Shown one piece after another: positions 38,021-51,120 of a stretch of 64,000 bases of DNA. Under the pieces are notes generated by a model. It saw only the letters and a program-made list of their open reading frames with translations. It searched no databases and was not told the DNA's origin. A program made the position numbers and the translations under genes. The stretch is from assembly GCF_018350175.1 (NCBI RefSeq), contig NC_058383.1, forward strand, positions 5,024,001-5,088,000. The letters are read 5' to 3'. Every line of letters starts with the position of its first letter. Position 1 is the stretch's first letter. Source of the stretch: Felis catus (Eukaryota).

Positions 38021-39419
38021 TTAAAAATATCGTGGGGGTGTCTGAGTGGCTCAGGTTAAGCGTCCGACTTCGGCTCAGGTTATGATCTCGCGATTCTTGA
38101 GTTCAAACCCCAGGTTGGGCTCTGTGCTGACAGCTCAGAGCCTGGAGCCTGCTTCGGATTCTGTGTCTCCCTCTCTCTCTGCCCCTCCCCCAGCTCTCTC
38201 TCTGTCTCTCTCTCACTCTCAAAAATAAATAAACATTAAAAATTTAAAAAAAAAAAATCCAGGGATGCCTGGGTGGCTCAGTCGGTTAAGTCCCACTTTG
38301 GCTCATGTCATGATTTTGCAGTTTGTGAGTTCAAGCCCCAGGTCAGGCTCTGTGCTGACAGCTCAGAGCCTGGAGCCTGTTTCAGATTCTGTGTCTCCCT
38401 GTCTCTCTGCCTCTCCCTCGCTCACACTCTGTCTCCATCTGTCAAAAATAAAATAAACATTAAAAAAAATTTTTTTTTTAAATCTTTACCTTTTTTTCTG
38501 ATTAGAGAGGTAATACATGTTCATTATTTAAAAATTCTGGCACCTCAGACATACAGAATACAGAATATGAAAGTTCTCTGTCACCCGAGCATAGATCTCA
38601 CTGTATTAACTGATCATCAGAGCGTTTTTTTCTTATGCATATGCTATAAAATACTTGCGTAAATATTTTCTATTTTAACCAAACGGGAGGACATGCGAAC
38701 TGCTTAAAACTTGCTTGTGCTTCATTTCACGATGGAGGGTGGACACCTTTGCACATCAATTGGTTGAGACCTACTTCACGCTTTCAAGCATCTGCGGAAT
38801 CGTCTGGTTTTACGCGCAAGGCTCCAGAACTGCCATGAAAGTGTGCCTTTGAGAGGCAGGAAAGTTCCCATTGTATTTTATGTTTCATTTATGTTTGGCA
38901 TTTATCATCCTGAAGCATATGGGCTTTCAGAATCTAGAAACCAAGGCAGCTGGAATTTTAATGGAGCTCATGCTTCTGACTGAGAGATTAGCAATGTGGA
39001 CCAAAGGCCCAGTAAGTCTTTACGTATAAAGTTTTCTTAGCCTCTCCCCCAGATTTTTCCTTAGGAGCCTCCTACCCTGGTGTAAATTAAGCTGCAGGGG
39101 AAAAAAAGACAGGTCCAGGTGTCTCGCTACAACCAGCCCTGGGAACAGAGCTTTTGGGACCTTTGCTTTGCTGTTTTGTGGAAATGCATCTGATGTTTTG
39201 CGCAAAAGTTCCTGCCTCTCCTTGCGACCAAATTAAAAGTCGAAGTCTCTATGGGGCGCCTGGGTGGCTCAGTCGGTTGAGCCTCCGACTTCAGCTCAGG
39301 TCATGATCTCACAGCTTGTGAGTTTGAACCCTGCGTCGGGCTCTGTGCTGACGGCTCAGAGCCTGGAGCCTGCTTCGGATTCTGTGTCTCCCTTTCTCGC
39401 TCTACCCCTCCCCTGCTCA

Positions 39420-39453
<34 letters not shown>

Positions 39454-39844
39454 AATAAATAAAACATTTAAAAATTTTTTTAAAAATTTAAAAATAATAA
39501 AAGTCAAAGTCTCAACAGTGTCTCCCAGACCCTTAGGTCAATTGTGCCCTGTTCTTTGCGGACCTCCTTTCCTGCCCCCCGCTCACTGACTGCAGTCCCA
39601 CTGGCCTCTAGACCCTTCTGGCAGCAGAACTGTAGGCAGGAACTGTTGCCCTGGGCTCCTTCTCAGAGCTCCTCTCCCACACCCCAGTCCAGCCCACCAC
39701 CCATTCCTTCCTCTTTGCTCCTAGTCACCCTCTTAAAAAAAAAAATTAGGTACTTTATTTATTTATAGCATATTTATCAAGGTAAGTCATACAGTGGTAT
39801 GATTTCCCGGTTTACACAGGTTTCTTTTCTTTTCTTTTCTTTTC

Positions 39845-40064
39845 TTTTTTAAATTTTTTTTCAACGTTTATTTATTTTTGGGACAGAGAGAGACAGAGCA
39901 TGAACGGGGGAGGGGCCGAGAGAGAGGGAGACACAGAATCGGAAACAGGCTCCAGGCTCCGAGCCATCAGCCCAGAGCCTGACGCGGGGCTCGAACTCAT
40001 GGACCGCGAGATCGTGACCTGGCTGAAGTCGGACGCTTAACCGACTGCGCCACCCAGGCGCCCC
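39845..40064 (-). mobile_element. Young feline CanSINE (first of a tandem array to about 40465)
   Basis: cctggctgaagtcggacgcttaaccgactgcgccacccaggcgcccc young-type end. Confidence 0.9.
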
Positions 40065-40862
40065 TCTTTTCTTTTTTTTTAAACGTTTATTTATTTTTGA
40101 GACAGAGAGAGACAGAGCATGAATGGGGGAGGGTCAGAAAGAGAGGGAGACACAGAATCGGAAACAGGCTCCAGGCTCCGAGCTGTCAGCCCAGAGCCCG
40201 ACGCAGGGCTCGAACTCACGGACCGTGAGATCGTGACCTGAGCTGAAGTCGGACGCTTAACTGATTAAGCCACCCAGGCGCCCCATCTTTTCTTTTCTTT
40301 CTTTTTTTTTAAAGTTTATTTATTTATTTTGAGAGGCAGAGGAGGAGTAGAGAGAGAGGAGAGAGAGAGTCACAAGCAGGCTCTGTGCTGTCAGCACCGA
40401 GCCCCATCCCACGAACCATGAGATCATGACCTGAGCCGAAACCAAGAGTCAGACTGAGCCCCCACACGTTTCTAATAGAAAAATTTGGAGAAGTGTTTCA
40501 GCAGTGTGAGACATAGGTCCTGAATATCCAGAATACTCATCTTCCTATGTTCTGGGTAACAGAAGGATCTACACTTAAAAACTTAAAATAACTTAATAAA
40601 AAAAAATCACCTGCAAATATTTTTCTTTGCACAGATGTTGTCCCTTCTCCCAGTTGAAACACAAGCTGTTGAAAATCCTCTTTTCAATGGAGAGTGAGAG
40701 AAGTATGGACAGGGCCCCTGGCTGCTCTCATTAAATAGTCATCTTGCCCATAAGATTCCTTTTTCCCTAGCCCTTGTTTTTGTTTTTGCTTTTTCTAAAC
40801 TGTGGTAAAATATTCCTCACATAAAATTTGCCATTTAAAAAATTTTTCAATGTTTATTTATT

Positions 40863-40917
<55 letters not shown>

Positions 40918-41181
40918 GAGCATGAGCAGGGAGGGGCAGAGAGAGGGGGAGACACAGAATCTGAAGCAGCCTCCAGGCTCTGAGCTGTCGGCACAGAGAG
41001 TGATGTGGGGCTCGAACTCATGAACTGTGAGATCATGACCTGAGCCGAAGTCAGATGCTTAATCGACTGAGCCACCCAGCACCCCCTCCATTTTAGCCAT
41101 TAAAAAACTTTTATTATTAACATTTATTTATTTTGAGAGAGAGAGAGAGAGAGAGAGAGCGAGCACAAGCAGGGGAAGGGC

Positions 41182-41212
<31 letters not shown>

Positions 41213-41804
41213 CACAGAATCTGAAGCAGGCTCCAGGCTCTGAGCTGTCAGCACAGAGCCCGATGTGGGGCTCGAACCCACAAACCGTGAGATCATGACC
41301 TGAGCTGAAGTAGGATGCTTAACCGACTGAGCCACCCAGGTGCCCCCATTTTAGCCATTTTTAAGTGCACGGTTCAGTAGTGTTATGCATATCTACATAT
41401 CTACATAGTTGTGCAACCATCCCCACCATCCATCTCCAGAACTTTTCATCCTGTGAACAACCCTGAGACTCTGTCCCCATTAAACGCTCACTCCCCACCC
41501 CACTCTTCCAGCTCCGTCACCCACCACCTACTTACTGGCTCTGCGAGTTTGACGACTTCAGGGACCGTGTAGAAGTGGAATCACACAGTATTTGTCTTTC
41601 TATGATTGGCTTATTTCTCTCAGCATAGTGTCCTCAAGGTTCATCCATGTTTGTAGCAGGTGCCGGAATTTCCTTAGCTTTTAAGGATGAGTGATATTCT
41701 GTTGTGTGGACGGACCACCTTTTGTTTATTCATTGCCTTGTGATGGCCGTGGGTATCACTTCTGCTGTTTGGCTCTTGTGAATAATGCCTTACTGTCTTT
41801 CCAT

Positions 41805-41932
41805 ATCGTGTAAGATTGTGTTCCATGAAGGCAGGGATGGTTGTCTGTTTTGCTCATTGGTGTACTTCATAGGCTTAGGACAGAGCCTGGTGCATAGTAA
41901 GTGCTCAATAAATATTCACTGAATGAATGAAT
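41805..41932 (+). mobile_element. L2 3' end
   Basis: cctggtgcatagtaagtgctcaataaatattcactgaatgaatgaat. Confidence 0.75.
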
Positions 41933-43379
41933 GGGGTCCTCTTTGCCTGTTGCTGTTGTCAGAGGCAAAGCCACTGGGGGCCTGTGTTCAACAGGGTCTC
42001 CAGCCTTCGTGCTGTAGGGGATCTGGGCTAAGTTTGGCCAGCACTCCCGGGTGCCTGCCCTCTGCTGGCATTGGGCCAGCCCTGTTCACACAAAGTCATT
42101 TATTCACTGATTGAATAAATACTGCCTCTGTTCCTACTATGTGCTAGGCCCTGGGCTAGACACCGGTCACAGTGGTGAGCAAAATTAGGCCCAGTCTCTG
42201 CTTTTCTGGGCTCTACTCTGGGACACACAGAAACATCAGACGATCACGCAGACTTCTCACTAAGGAGATCCACGGACAGGCGTTTCTCCTCCACTCTGCC
42301 ACCAGAAAGAAGTGGCCCATTTATGTTTCACTGTTGTGTTTTTAAAGTTGTTTGTATGTTCTAGATACAAGTCCTTTGTTGGCTGGGTGATTTGCACATG
42401 ATTTCTGTGTCTGTGATTTGTCTTTTCAGCCTGTCATTAAGGTCTTTTGCAGAGCAAATATTTTTAATTAGGTCCAATTTTTCAATTTTTCCTTTTATGG
42501 ATATGCGACGATAGGGGTTTTTCAGTAGTAAAATACACATAATATAAAACTTAGCATTGGGGCGCCTAGGTGGCTCAGTCGGTTAAGCATCCAACTCTTG
42601 ATCTTGGCCCAGGTTGTGAGTTCAAGCCCCATGTCAGGCTCTGTGCTGACAGCTCAGAGCCTCAAGCCTGCTTCGGATTCTGTGTCTCCCCCCCCCCCCC
42701 TACCCGTCCCCCTGCTTGCCCTCTGTCTCTCTGTCTCTCTCTCAAAAATAGACAAACATTAAAATTTTTAAAAAAAAATTTACCATTCGTGGCATTTCGT
42801 ACATTCACAGTGCTGTGCGCCCATCACTATGCCTAGTTCCAGAACATTTTTATCACCTGGGAAGGAATCCCTGTACCCATTGCCTCCTCCCCCCGGACCC
42901 TGCTTTTTATCTCCATGGATTTGCCAACTCTGGACATGTCAAAGATAAGTGGAATCATACACTATGTGGCCTTTTGTGTCTGGCTTCTTTCGCCTAGCAT
43001 GAGGTTTTCAGATGACAGACGTTTTGGTCAGCCTCGTGGCTCTGCAGTGAAGGTCTGCATTCCTGTTGGGTCGTCAGGCAGCAGCCTCGTGTTGTCTGCC
43101 CCTCAGAGTTCAGGCTGCTTCCTCCTCCCCCCACCCCTCCCCGCACACCCTCTTCCAAGCCGCCAGCTCCCATTCTGGCTCCCAGGGCACGTCTGGTCCA
43201 GACATGTGGCTCCGTCCTGGCAGCTCCCCAGGGTTCCGACACTAACTTCACCTCAGGCCTCCCGCCACCACCAAAGCCTGCTTCTCCCCATCCCCTCCTT
43301 ATCCTCCAATGCGCTGCCCTCCGTGTCTCCTTTCTCTAATCACCCCCCAGCAATCACTTACAAGCAGAGAATGGTGGAG

Positions 43380-43580
43380 AAAAATGGGTTTCAGAGACCC
43401 CCCGGGTCGGGTCTTTCATTCACCGGCCCAAGGCACCTGGGCGAGAACCTCAACCTCGCCAAGGCCTGGTTTCCTCCTCTGTGCGGTGGAGATGATAACA
43501 CCTATCCCAAGGTCATCGTGAGGAGGAAATGAGGGAGGGGGAGGTGCTTAGCCCAATTCCAGGCACTGGGCACAGAGGGA
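43380..43580 (+). mobile_element. MIR remnant
   Basis: acctgggcgagaacctcaacctcgccaaggcctggtttcctcctctgtg..ggagatgataacacct..tcgtgaggaggaaatgag. Confidence 0.6.
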
Positions 43581-43593
43581 AATGGCTGATGAT

Positions 43594-44320
43594 TGCGGCA
43601 GATTGTATTTGGCACAGATGGCCACAAGGGTATCTCCTGTCCCACATGCTCTTCTAGACCTTTGTCAGCCCACCAAGAGATGGAGTGTAAGGGCGCCTGG
43701 GGGGCTTAGTCGTTTGAGTGTCAGACGCGGTTCATGAGTTCAAGCCCCGTGTTAGGCTCCCTGCTGTCAGCCCAGAGCCCGCTTCGGGTCCTCCGTCCCC
43801 CTCTCTCTGCTCCTCCCCCACTCACACTCTCTCAACAATAAATAGACATTAAAAGAAAAAAAGAGAGACACGGACTGTAAACCCATCCCCTTGACCTTGG
43901 ATGTGGGCCAAGAGGACACTCCATGACTTCCAAGGCTGGGTCATAAAAGGCTAGGCAGCCCTTGCCTTGTTTGCTGGAACACCAGCGCTTGGAGCCCTGT
44001 GTGGTCATGCCAGACCTTACATGAGGCCGACACGCTGTGGGGAAGCCCAGACCACACGGGGAGGCTGCACGCAGGTGCTCTGGATCACTGTCCGGCTATG
44101 GCCCCAGCGTCAGTTCCAGTATGTGAGCAAAGGTACCTCCACGTGATCCTAGCCCCAACCATCAAGTTCCCTGGCCCTTTCCGGTCTTTGACCCCAGACC
44201 TCCTGGCACAGGGACGAGCGATCCTTGCTGTGCCCCGTGTTAATTCTTCACCCCCAGGATCCACCCACGTAATCAAATGGTTTGGGGCTGGTATGTTACA
44301 CAGCCTAGTAACTGGAGCAA
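43594..44320 (+). mobile_element. MLT1-type MaLR LTR with nested SINE
   Basis: tgcggcagattgtatttggcacagatggccac...tgacttccaaggctgggtcataaaagg...tgttacacagcctagtaactggagca. Confidence 0.7.
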
Positions 44321-47084
44321 TGGTGATAATGTCTTGCCAGTTCCGTTTCTTTGGTCTATCCGAATCTGGCCGCTTCTCCCTGTGTATCTCCACCTCTACT
44401 GTCTTAGCTTGGGCTCGTATCTTCTACCTGCATCAGATTCCAAACGTGTATTTCTACCTCCTATCTGTACCCTCCAAACCTTCCTTCCCCCACACTAATC
44501 TGTCTCAAACACAACCATGGCCCAATCACCTCCCCCAGTCCTTCCCCAAGTCATGGCTCCCAGTCATGTATGATGAAGGTCTCCAGAGATTAGTCACAAC
44601 ATTCAGAGACCCATAATTTAGGGAAACGTAAGTCTCTAAGAAGGAGGTATTTTACCTTACTTTATTCCAGCCTGCTCCAACCCTGCCTGGAAAAAAAAAA
44701 AAAAAAGATAAAGAACGTGATAATGCTCAGAGCATTTGATATTTTTGGAAACAGAAAGTAGGTTTTTTTTTTTTTTTTTTAACTTAGGAAACATGTAAGG
44801 ACTCTGAGTCTACCCAACCATGAAAAATTACCTCAAAACTCTTTCAGGCCCTGAGAATTCCAGGTATAAAGGTAAAAAATGATAGATTCTTGAGCTAGTA
44901 ATTTAGTTGCCTACAGGAAAATTGAATATAATTTAGTCCTACATGCTTTTCAATCATGCAACTGTTCTTGGGTGGGTCGACACCCCAGGACAATGCCTTG
45001 GCCTGGGATGCTGGGTGAGTAAAGCCCGGGGGAGCAGACCCAGGAATTCAGGGTCCTTATTGATCAACTTCCCCCCCCATGGGACTTGCCAACCCAGCCT
45101 TTCTTCAAAATTCACCCTTTAATTGTCGGCAACGGGGTGCTTGCTTTTTGGTAAATACATCTTTTTTTTTCTTTTCTTTTCTTTTTTTTTTTGTAGTGAT
45201 CTCTGCACCCAGCATGGGGCTCGAACTCACGACCCTGAAATCAGGAGTTACATGTTCTTTCTACTGAGTCAGCCAGGCATCCCTGTCTTATTTTTTATTT
45301 TATTTAGTTATTTATTTAATGTTTATTTATTTTTGAGAGAGAGAGGTGAGTGGGAGACGGGCAGAAAGAGAGGGAGACACAGAATCTGAAGCAGGCTCCA
45401 GGCTCTGAGCTGTCAGCACAGAGCCCGACGTGGGGCTCGAACCCATGAACTGTGAGATCATGACCTGAGCTGAAGTCGGATGCTAAACCAGCTGAGCCAC
45501 CCAGGTGCCCCACTTACTTATTTATTTAAAGTAGGTGCCACACACCCAACCTGGGGCTCGAACTCACAACCCTGAGATCGAGAGTTGCACGCTCTACCGC
45601 CTGAGCCAGCCAAGTGTCCCTTGGTGAATCTGTTTTAAAGGCTGTTGCCTTTTGACTGTTTTAATTGATCCTTGGGAAGATGAGTCTCCACTAGTTAGTC
45701 CCTCGGTTGTAGCTGTTTTTAGACCTTCAGATCGGGAGGACCTTGTTCTTTGTTCCTTACACAGTATGTGGCCAGGATTACTTTGGAAAACGTAGTACGT
45801 TTCACAGGAAGCTGCAGTGAAAAGGCCTTTTCAAAGTGGGAAAATGGAAATAACGTTTAAAAATGTCTTTTGTCTTTGAACCATGAGGTTTTGCTTTGAG
45901 TATGGCTCTTTGCCACTGTCGTTTTTTTCTCTTGCTGAAAGCCTAAAATTCTTACGTTGAAAGGCCCTTCCTTCTGTTGTTTTATCACCTTCCTGGTTTT
46001 GTCTAATCTCACTCAGATTACAGTCGTATTTCTTGGTCTTTTTAATGTGCGTATTCAAATTTCAAACACAGGGCCTTTGTTTTGTAGGCTTGACTTTTCA
46101 TGCACTCTGAGACATATTTTGGGACACTTACAAAGAAGAATGTTTTGCTTTAAATACTCTCGTGTTTTGAAACCTACTTTGTCATGTTCAACTTCCAAAA
46201 TTTTCATGAGTTCTGGTGAGGTATTCTATTTAGAGAGTATTTTGTTTTAATTAAGCCCATCTTAAGAGACATTTGGTTTTTGCCAAGAATGTGCTTTCTC
46301 CCTTAAAAAAATCAGTTATATTTATAACATTCATAAACTAAGTTATTAGCAAAGGCAAAATTTTAGCTGCACTGTGCCCGTGTCTTCTCAGTTCATGGGA
46401 ATTAAAGAGAAGAGGAGTGAGCTGAGCCAAAACATAATGACAAGTCAAGACACTATGAACACACATGGACTTTATTTTCAATAATTTTTTAGTAAATGCT
46501 GGGTTTTAAAAATTGTTTTATGGAACGATTCCTCATCGCTGAAAAGAATACAGAGGGTTGGCTGCTATCATCAGCACTGGGGATGTTTTATTCGTTCATG
46601 TGCTCCTGTCTAACTATGGAGGAAAAAGCTATACGGGAGACTTCAATTCTGTCTTAATTCAATCAGGCTGCATTTAAAAATTAAAGTTTATTTTTTTCCT
46701 AGATATTATAACATATGCCCATATAATAGAAAATATAGAAAATACAGAAAAATAGAGACAGGAAAATTAAAGTTATCTACAGACCTCTTACCAAAGGGCA
46801 ACCAATATGAGTATTTTGTTGTGTTTTGTTGGTAATATTTTATATACGACTTTTTTCTTCTTACATGGTTAGGATTGTATCATATTTTTTTATTAAGTTT
46901 ATTTATTTATTTTGAGATAGGAGAGAGAGAACCAGCACGGAAGGGGCAGAGAGAGAGGGGAACAGAGGATCCAAAGCAGGCTCTGTGCTGGCAACAGAGA
47001 GCCCGATGTGGGGCTCGAACTCACAAACTGTGAGATCTCACAGTTGAACACTCAACTGACTGAGCCACCCAGGTGCCCCTAAAC

Positions 47085-47310
47085 ATTTTTTTTTTCAACA
47101 TTTATTTATTTTTGGGACAGAGAGAGACAGAGCGTGAACAGGGGAGGGGCAGAGAGAGAGGGAGACACAGAATCGGAAACAGGCTCCAGGCTCTGAGCCA
47201 TCAGCCCAGAGCCATCAGCCCAGAGAGCCTGTGGGGCTCGAACTCACGGACCGCGAGATCGTGACCTGGCTGAAGTCGGACGCTTAACTGACTGCGCCAC
47301 CCAGGCGCCC
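47085..47310 (-). mobile_element. Young feline CanSINE with internal duplication
   Basis: gccatcagcccagagccatcagcccagag duplication; flanked by gcccctaaacattttt on both sides. Confidence 0.85.
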
Positions 47311-47319
47311 CGCCCCTAA

Positions 47320-48396
47320 ACATTTTTAAGTGTACACTTTAGTGGCATTAAATATATTCACATTGTTGTGAATATCACCACCATCCATCTCCAGAACTTC
47401 CTCATCTTCCCAAACTGAAACCCTGTCCCCAATGAATAACCACTCCCTGGTCCCTGGCAACCACCCTTCTACTTCCTGTCTCTATGAATTTGTTTTCCTG
47501 CTTTTCATTATTTTGGGAAGTATAATTGATGTATAACATTATATCAGTTTCAAGTATACATTGTGAAGTGATTGTCACAAATCTGGTTAATATCCCTCAC
47601 CCTACGTAGTTACAAAATTATTTTTTCTGGTGGCAAGAACTTCTAAGACTCGCTCTCTTAGTAACTTTGAAAGTTTATGTATTTATTTTGAGAGAGAGAG
47701 AATCCCAAGCAGACTCCACACCGTCAGCACAGCCAGATGTGGGGTTCGATCTCATGAACCATGAGATCGTGACCCGGGCTGAAACCACAAGTCGGACGCT
47801 TAACCGACTGAGCCACCCAGGCACCCCTCTCTTAGTAAGTTTTAAATATGCAATACAGTAAGTATGTTATCTATAGTTGCCATGCCATACTTTATATCCC
47901 TATGACTTCCTTCATTCTTAGCTGAAAGTCTGTACCTTTTGACCCCTGCCTCCCTTTGCCACCCCCCCATGTCACCTCTACCAACCACCAGTCCTCTCTC
48001 TGTGTCTGTGAGCTCATTTTGTTTTGTTTTGTTTGTTTTTGGATTCCACATGTGAGATCATACTGTATTTGTCTTTGTCTGACTTATTTCACTTAGCATA
48101 ATGCCCTCAAGCTCCATCCATTTTGTGGCAAATGGAAAGAGTTCATTCTTTTTTTACGGCTGAGTAATAGTACTCCATTGTGTGTGTGTATGTATTATAC
48201 ATATATTATTTTCTTTATCCATTTATTCATTGAACAGGGGGGTGCAGATATCTTTCCAAATTAGTGTTTTGGTGGGGGGTCCTGGGTGACTCAGTGGATT
48301 GAGCATCCAACTCTTGATTTTGGCTCAGGTCATGATCCTAGGGTCATGGGATCAAGCCCCACATCAGGCTCTGTGCTGACTGTGGAGCCTGCTTGA

Positions 48397-48451
<55 letters not shown>

Positions 48452-49846
48452 CCTCCCTCCCTCCCTCCCTCCCTCCCTCTCTTGCTGTCTCTAAAATAAA
48501 ATTTAAAAATTAGTGTTTTTGTTTTCTTTGGATAAGTTACTCAGAAGCAGGATTGTTGGATCATATGGTGATTCTATTTTTAATATTTTGAGGAAACTAT
48601 GTACTGCTTTCCATAGCGGCTGTACCAATTTATGTTCCCACCAATAGTGCATGAGGGTTTCCTCTTCTCCATGTCCTCGCCAACATTTGTTATGGCTTTT
48701 TAAAAAAAAAAATTTGTTTTAAAGATTAAAAAATTTGTTTTGAAATTTTTTTACTATTTATTTATTTTTGAGAGAGAGACAGAATGTGAGTGGGAGAGGG
48801 TCAGAGAGAGAGAGAGAGAGAGAGGGAGATGTAGAAGCTGAAGCAGGCTCCAGGCTCTGAGCTATTAGCACAGAGCCCCATGTGGGGCTTGAACTCATGA
48901 ACAATGAGGTCAGAACTGAGCCAAAGTCGGATGCTTAACCGACTGAGCCACCCAGGCACCCCCCCCAAAAAATTTTTTTTTAAGTTTATTTATTTTTGAG
49001 AGAGAGAGAGAAAGCACAAGGGAGGGGCAGAGAGAGATGGAGAGAGAGAGAATCCCAAGCAGGCTCTGCACCATCAACACTGAGTCCAACATGGCCCTTG
49101 AACTCACGAACCTCGAGTTGATGACCTGAGCCTAAATCAAGAGTCGGACGCTTAACCGACTGAGCCACCCAGGTGCCTCTGCTTGCTTGCTTGCTTGCTT
49201 CCTTCCTTCCTTCCTTCCTTCCTTCCTTCCTTCCTTCCTTTCTTTCTTTCTTTCCTTTTCTTATCTCAAAATGTAAAGGTCTAGTTCCCAAACAGTTTTA
49301 TGCCCCCAGAAGGAAACCCTGTACCCATTAGCGGTCACTCCCTATCCCTCTGGCCCTTCAGCATCTGTAAACCACCAATTTGTGCCTATGTGTGTGGATT
49401 TCATACAAATGGAATCCTACAACATGTGACCTTTTGTGTCTGGCTTCTTTCACTCAGTGTCATATCTTCAAGGCTTATCCATGTGGCATTCATCAGTACT
49501 CTATTCCTCTGTATGGCTGAGAAATGTTCCATTATATATATTATCATATATCAATACATATAATATATAATAACATTATATATTAAATATGTTAACATAT
49601 ATATTATATACGTACCACAGTTTGTGTATTCATTAATCCATTGGTAGGCGTTTGGGCGGTTTCCATCTTTTTGCAGTTATGACTAACACTGTTACGAACA
49701 TGTGTATACAAGCATTTGTTTCAATACCTGTTTTCAATTATTTTGAGCACACCATATACCTAGGCACAGAACTGCTGGATCATATGGTAATTCGATTTAC
49801 CTTTTAAAAAAAAATTTATTTGAGAGAGAATGTGCACAGGAAGAGC

Positions 49847-49884
<38 letters not shown>

Positions 49885-50120
49885 TCCCAAGCAGGTCTGT
49901 ACTGTCAGTTCAAGGAGCCCGATGTGGGGTTTGAACCCACAAACCCATGAGATCATGACCTGAGCCAAAATTAAGAGTTGGGTGCCTAACCGCCTGAGCC
50001 ACCCAGGCACCCCTCTGTGTTTAGCTTTTTGGGGAACCGTCAAACTGTCTTCCATGATGGTTGCACCCTTTTACATTCCCACCAGCAGGACGTGAGGGTG
50101 CCATTTCCCTCACATCTTTA
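47320..50120 (-). mobile_element. Cluster of antisense L1 fragments with multiple SINE insertions
   Basis: L1 3' motifs: ttggattccacatgtgagatcatactgtatttgtc, gcggctgtaccaatttatgttcccaccaatag, ggatcatatggtaattc. Confidence 0.7.
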
Positions 50121-51076
50121 CACGGAGACCATATCTTAAAGTTGGGGGGCAGGGGCCGTCTGATCTTTGGTCACGGTGGTTTGTCCATGATTGGTTTTGA
50201 TAACCTCTAGCACTATTTCCCTTCACAGTTCCCAGAATGGAATGTTGGCCGAAGAGCAGCCATTGTAATCTGGTAAGGAGCTTCAATTCTGTTAACTTGG
50301 AAATTCACACAAGAGCTGGAAGGGGCTTTGGGAGAAATATAGTTCAGACGTATCTTCTCTGGTCTCTGCTTGAATGCTTCCTATGATGGGTGCTCCTATG
50401 ATGGGTGCTCACAGCACCAGGGGGTGGACAATCCCACTGTTGGACAATTGTCTCCTTTTCCTGAAAATCCATTTCTTTAGAGGTGGAGGTTCAGAGAAGG
50501 CTCCCTGGAGGAGAGGACGTCAGAACTGCGCTTTGGGGGTGTTGAGTTGACCAGGGAAGGAAATGCAGGAGGTATGTCCCTGGCAGAAGAAAAGTGAAAG
50601 CAATGTTTTCCAAACTGATTGTGTATACCACAATGGTAGCCTCACCAGGGGCCTTGTTGGACAGGTCTTTTTTTTTTTTTTTTTTTTGAAGCTTATTTAT
50701 TTACTTTTGAGAGAGAAAGAGCACAAACAGGGGAGGGGCAGAGAGAGAAAGGGAGACACAGAATCTGAAGCAGGCTCCGGGCTCTGAGCTGTCAGCACGG
50801 AGCCCACACTCAGGAACCGTGAGATCATGACCTGAGCCAGAGTCTGACTCTCAACCGACTGAGCCACCCAGTTGGGTGGTCCTTTGATGAATAACCCTGA
50901 GAGAGTTTCAGTTGCCCCACACAGCCCTTCCCTGCTTCAACACCTCTCCACCTGTTTCTGTCTCTTGTCTTTTAGATTGGAATGTGCCAAAGTATTTATT
51001 TCAAACAGGCTTTTTAAAAAAAATATTTTGTTTAAGTTTATTTATTTATTTTGAGAGAGAACATGAGCAGAGGAAG

Positions 51077-51120
<44 letters not shown>

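Noticed and set aside
42915..44616. Two 205-aa + strand ORFs
   Set aside because: They run through L1, MIR and MLT1 remnants; no recognisable protein.
50390..50420. Small tandem duplications (cctatgatgggtgct x2; also near 4645, 15433, 20968)
   Set aside because: Ordinary slippage duplications with no array structure; nothing CRISPR-like in this eukaryotic window.
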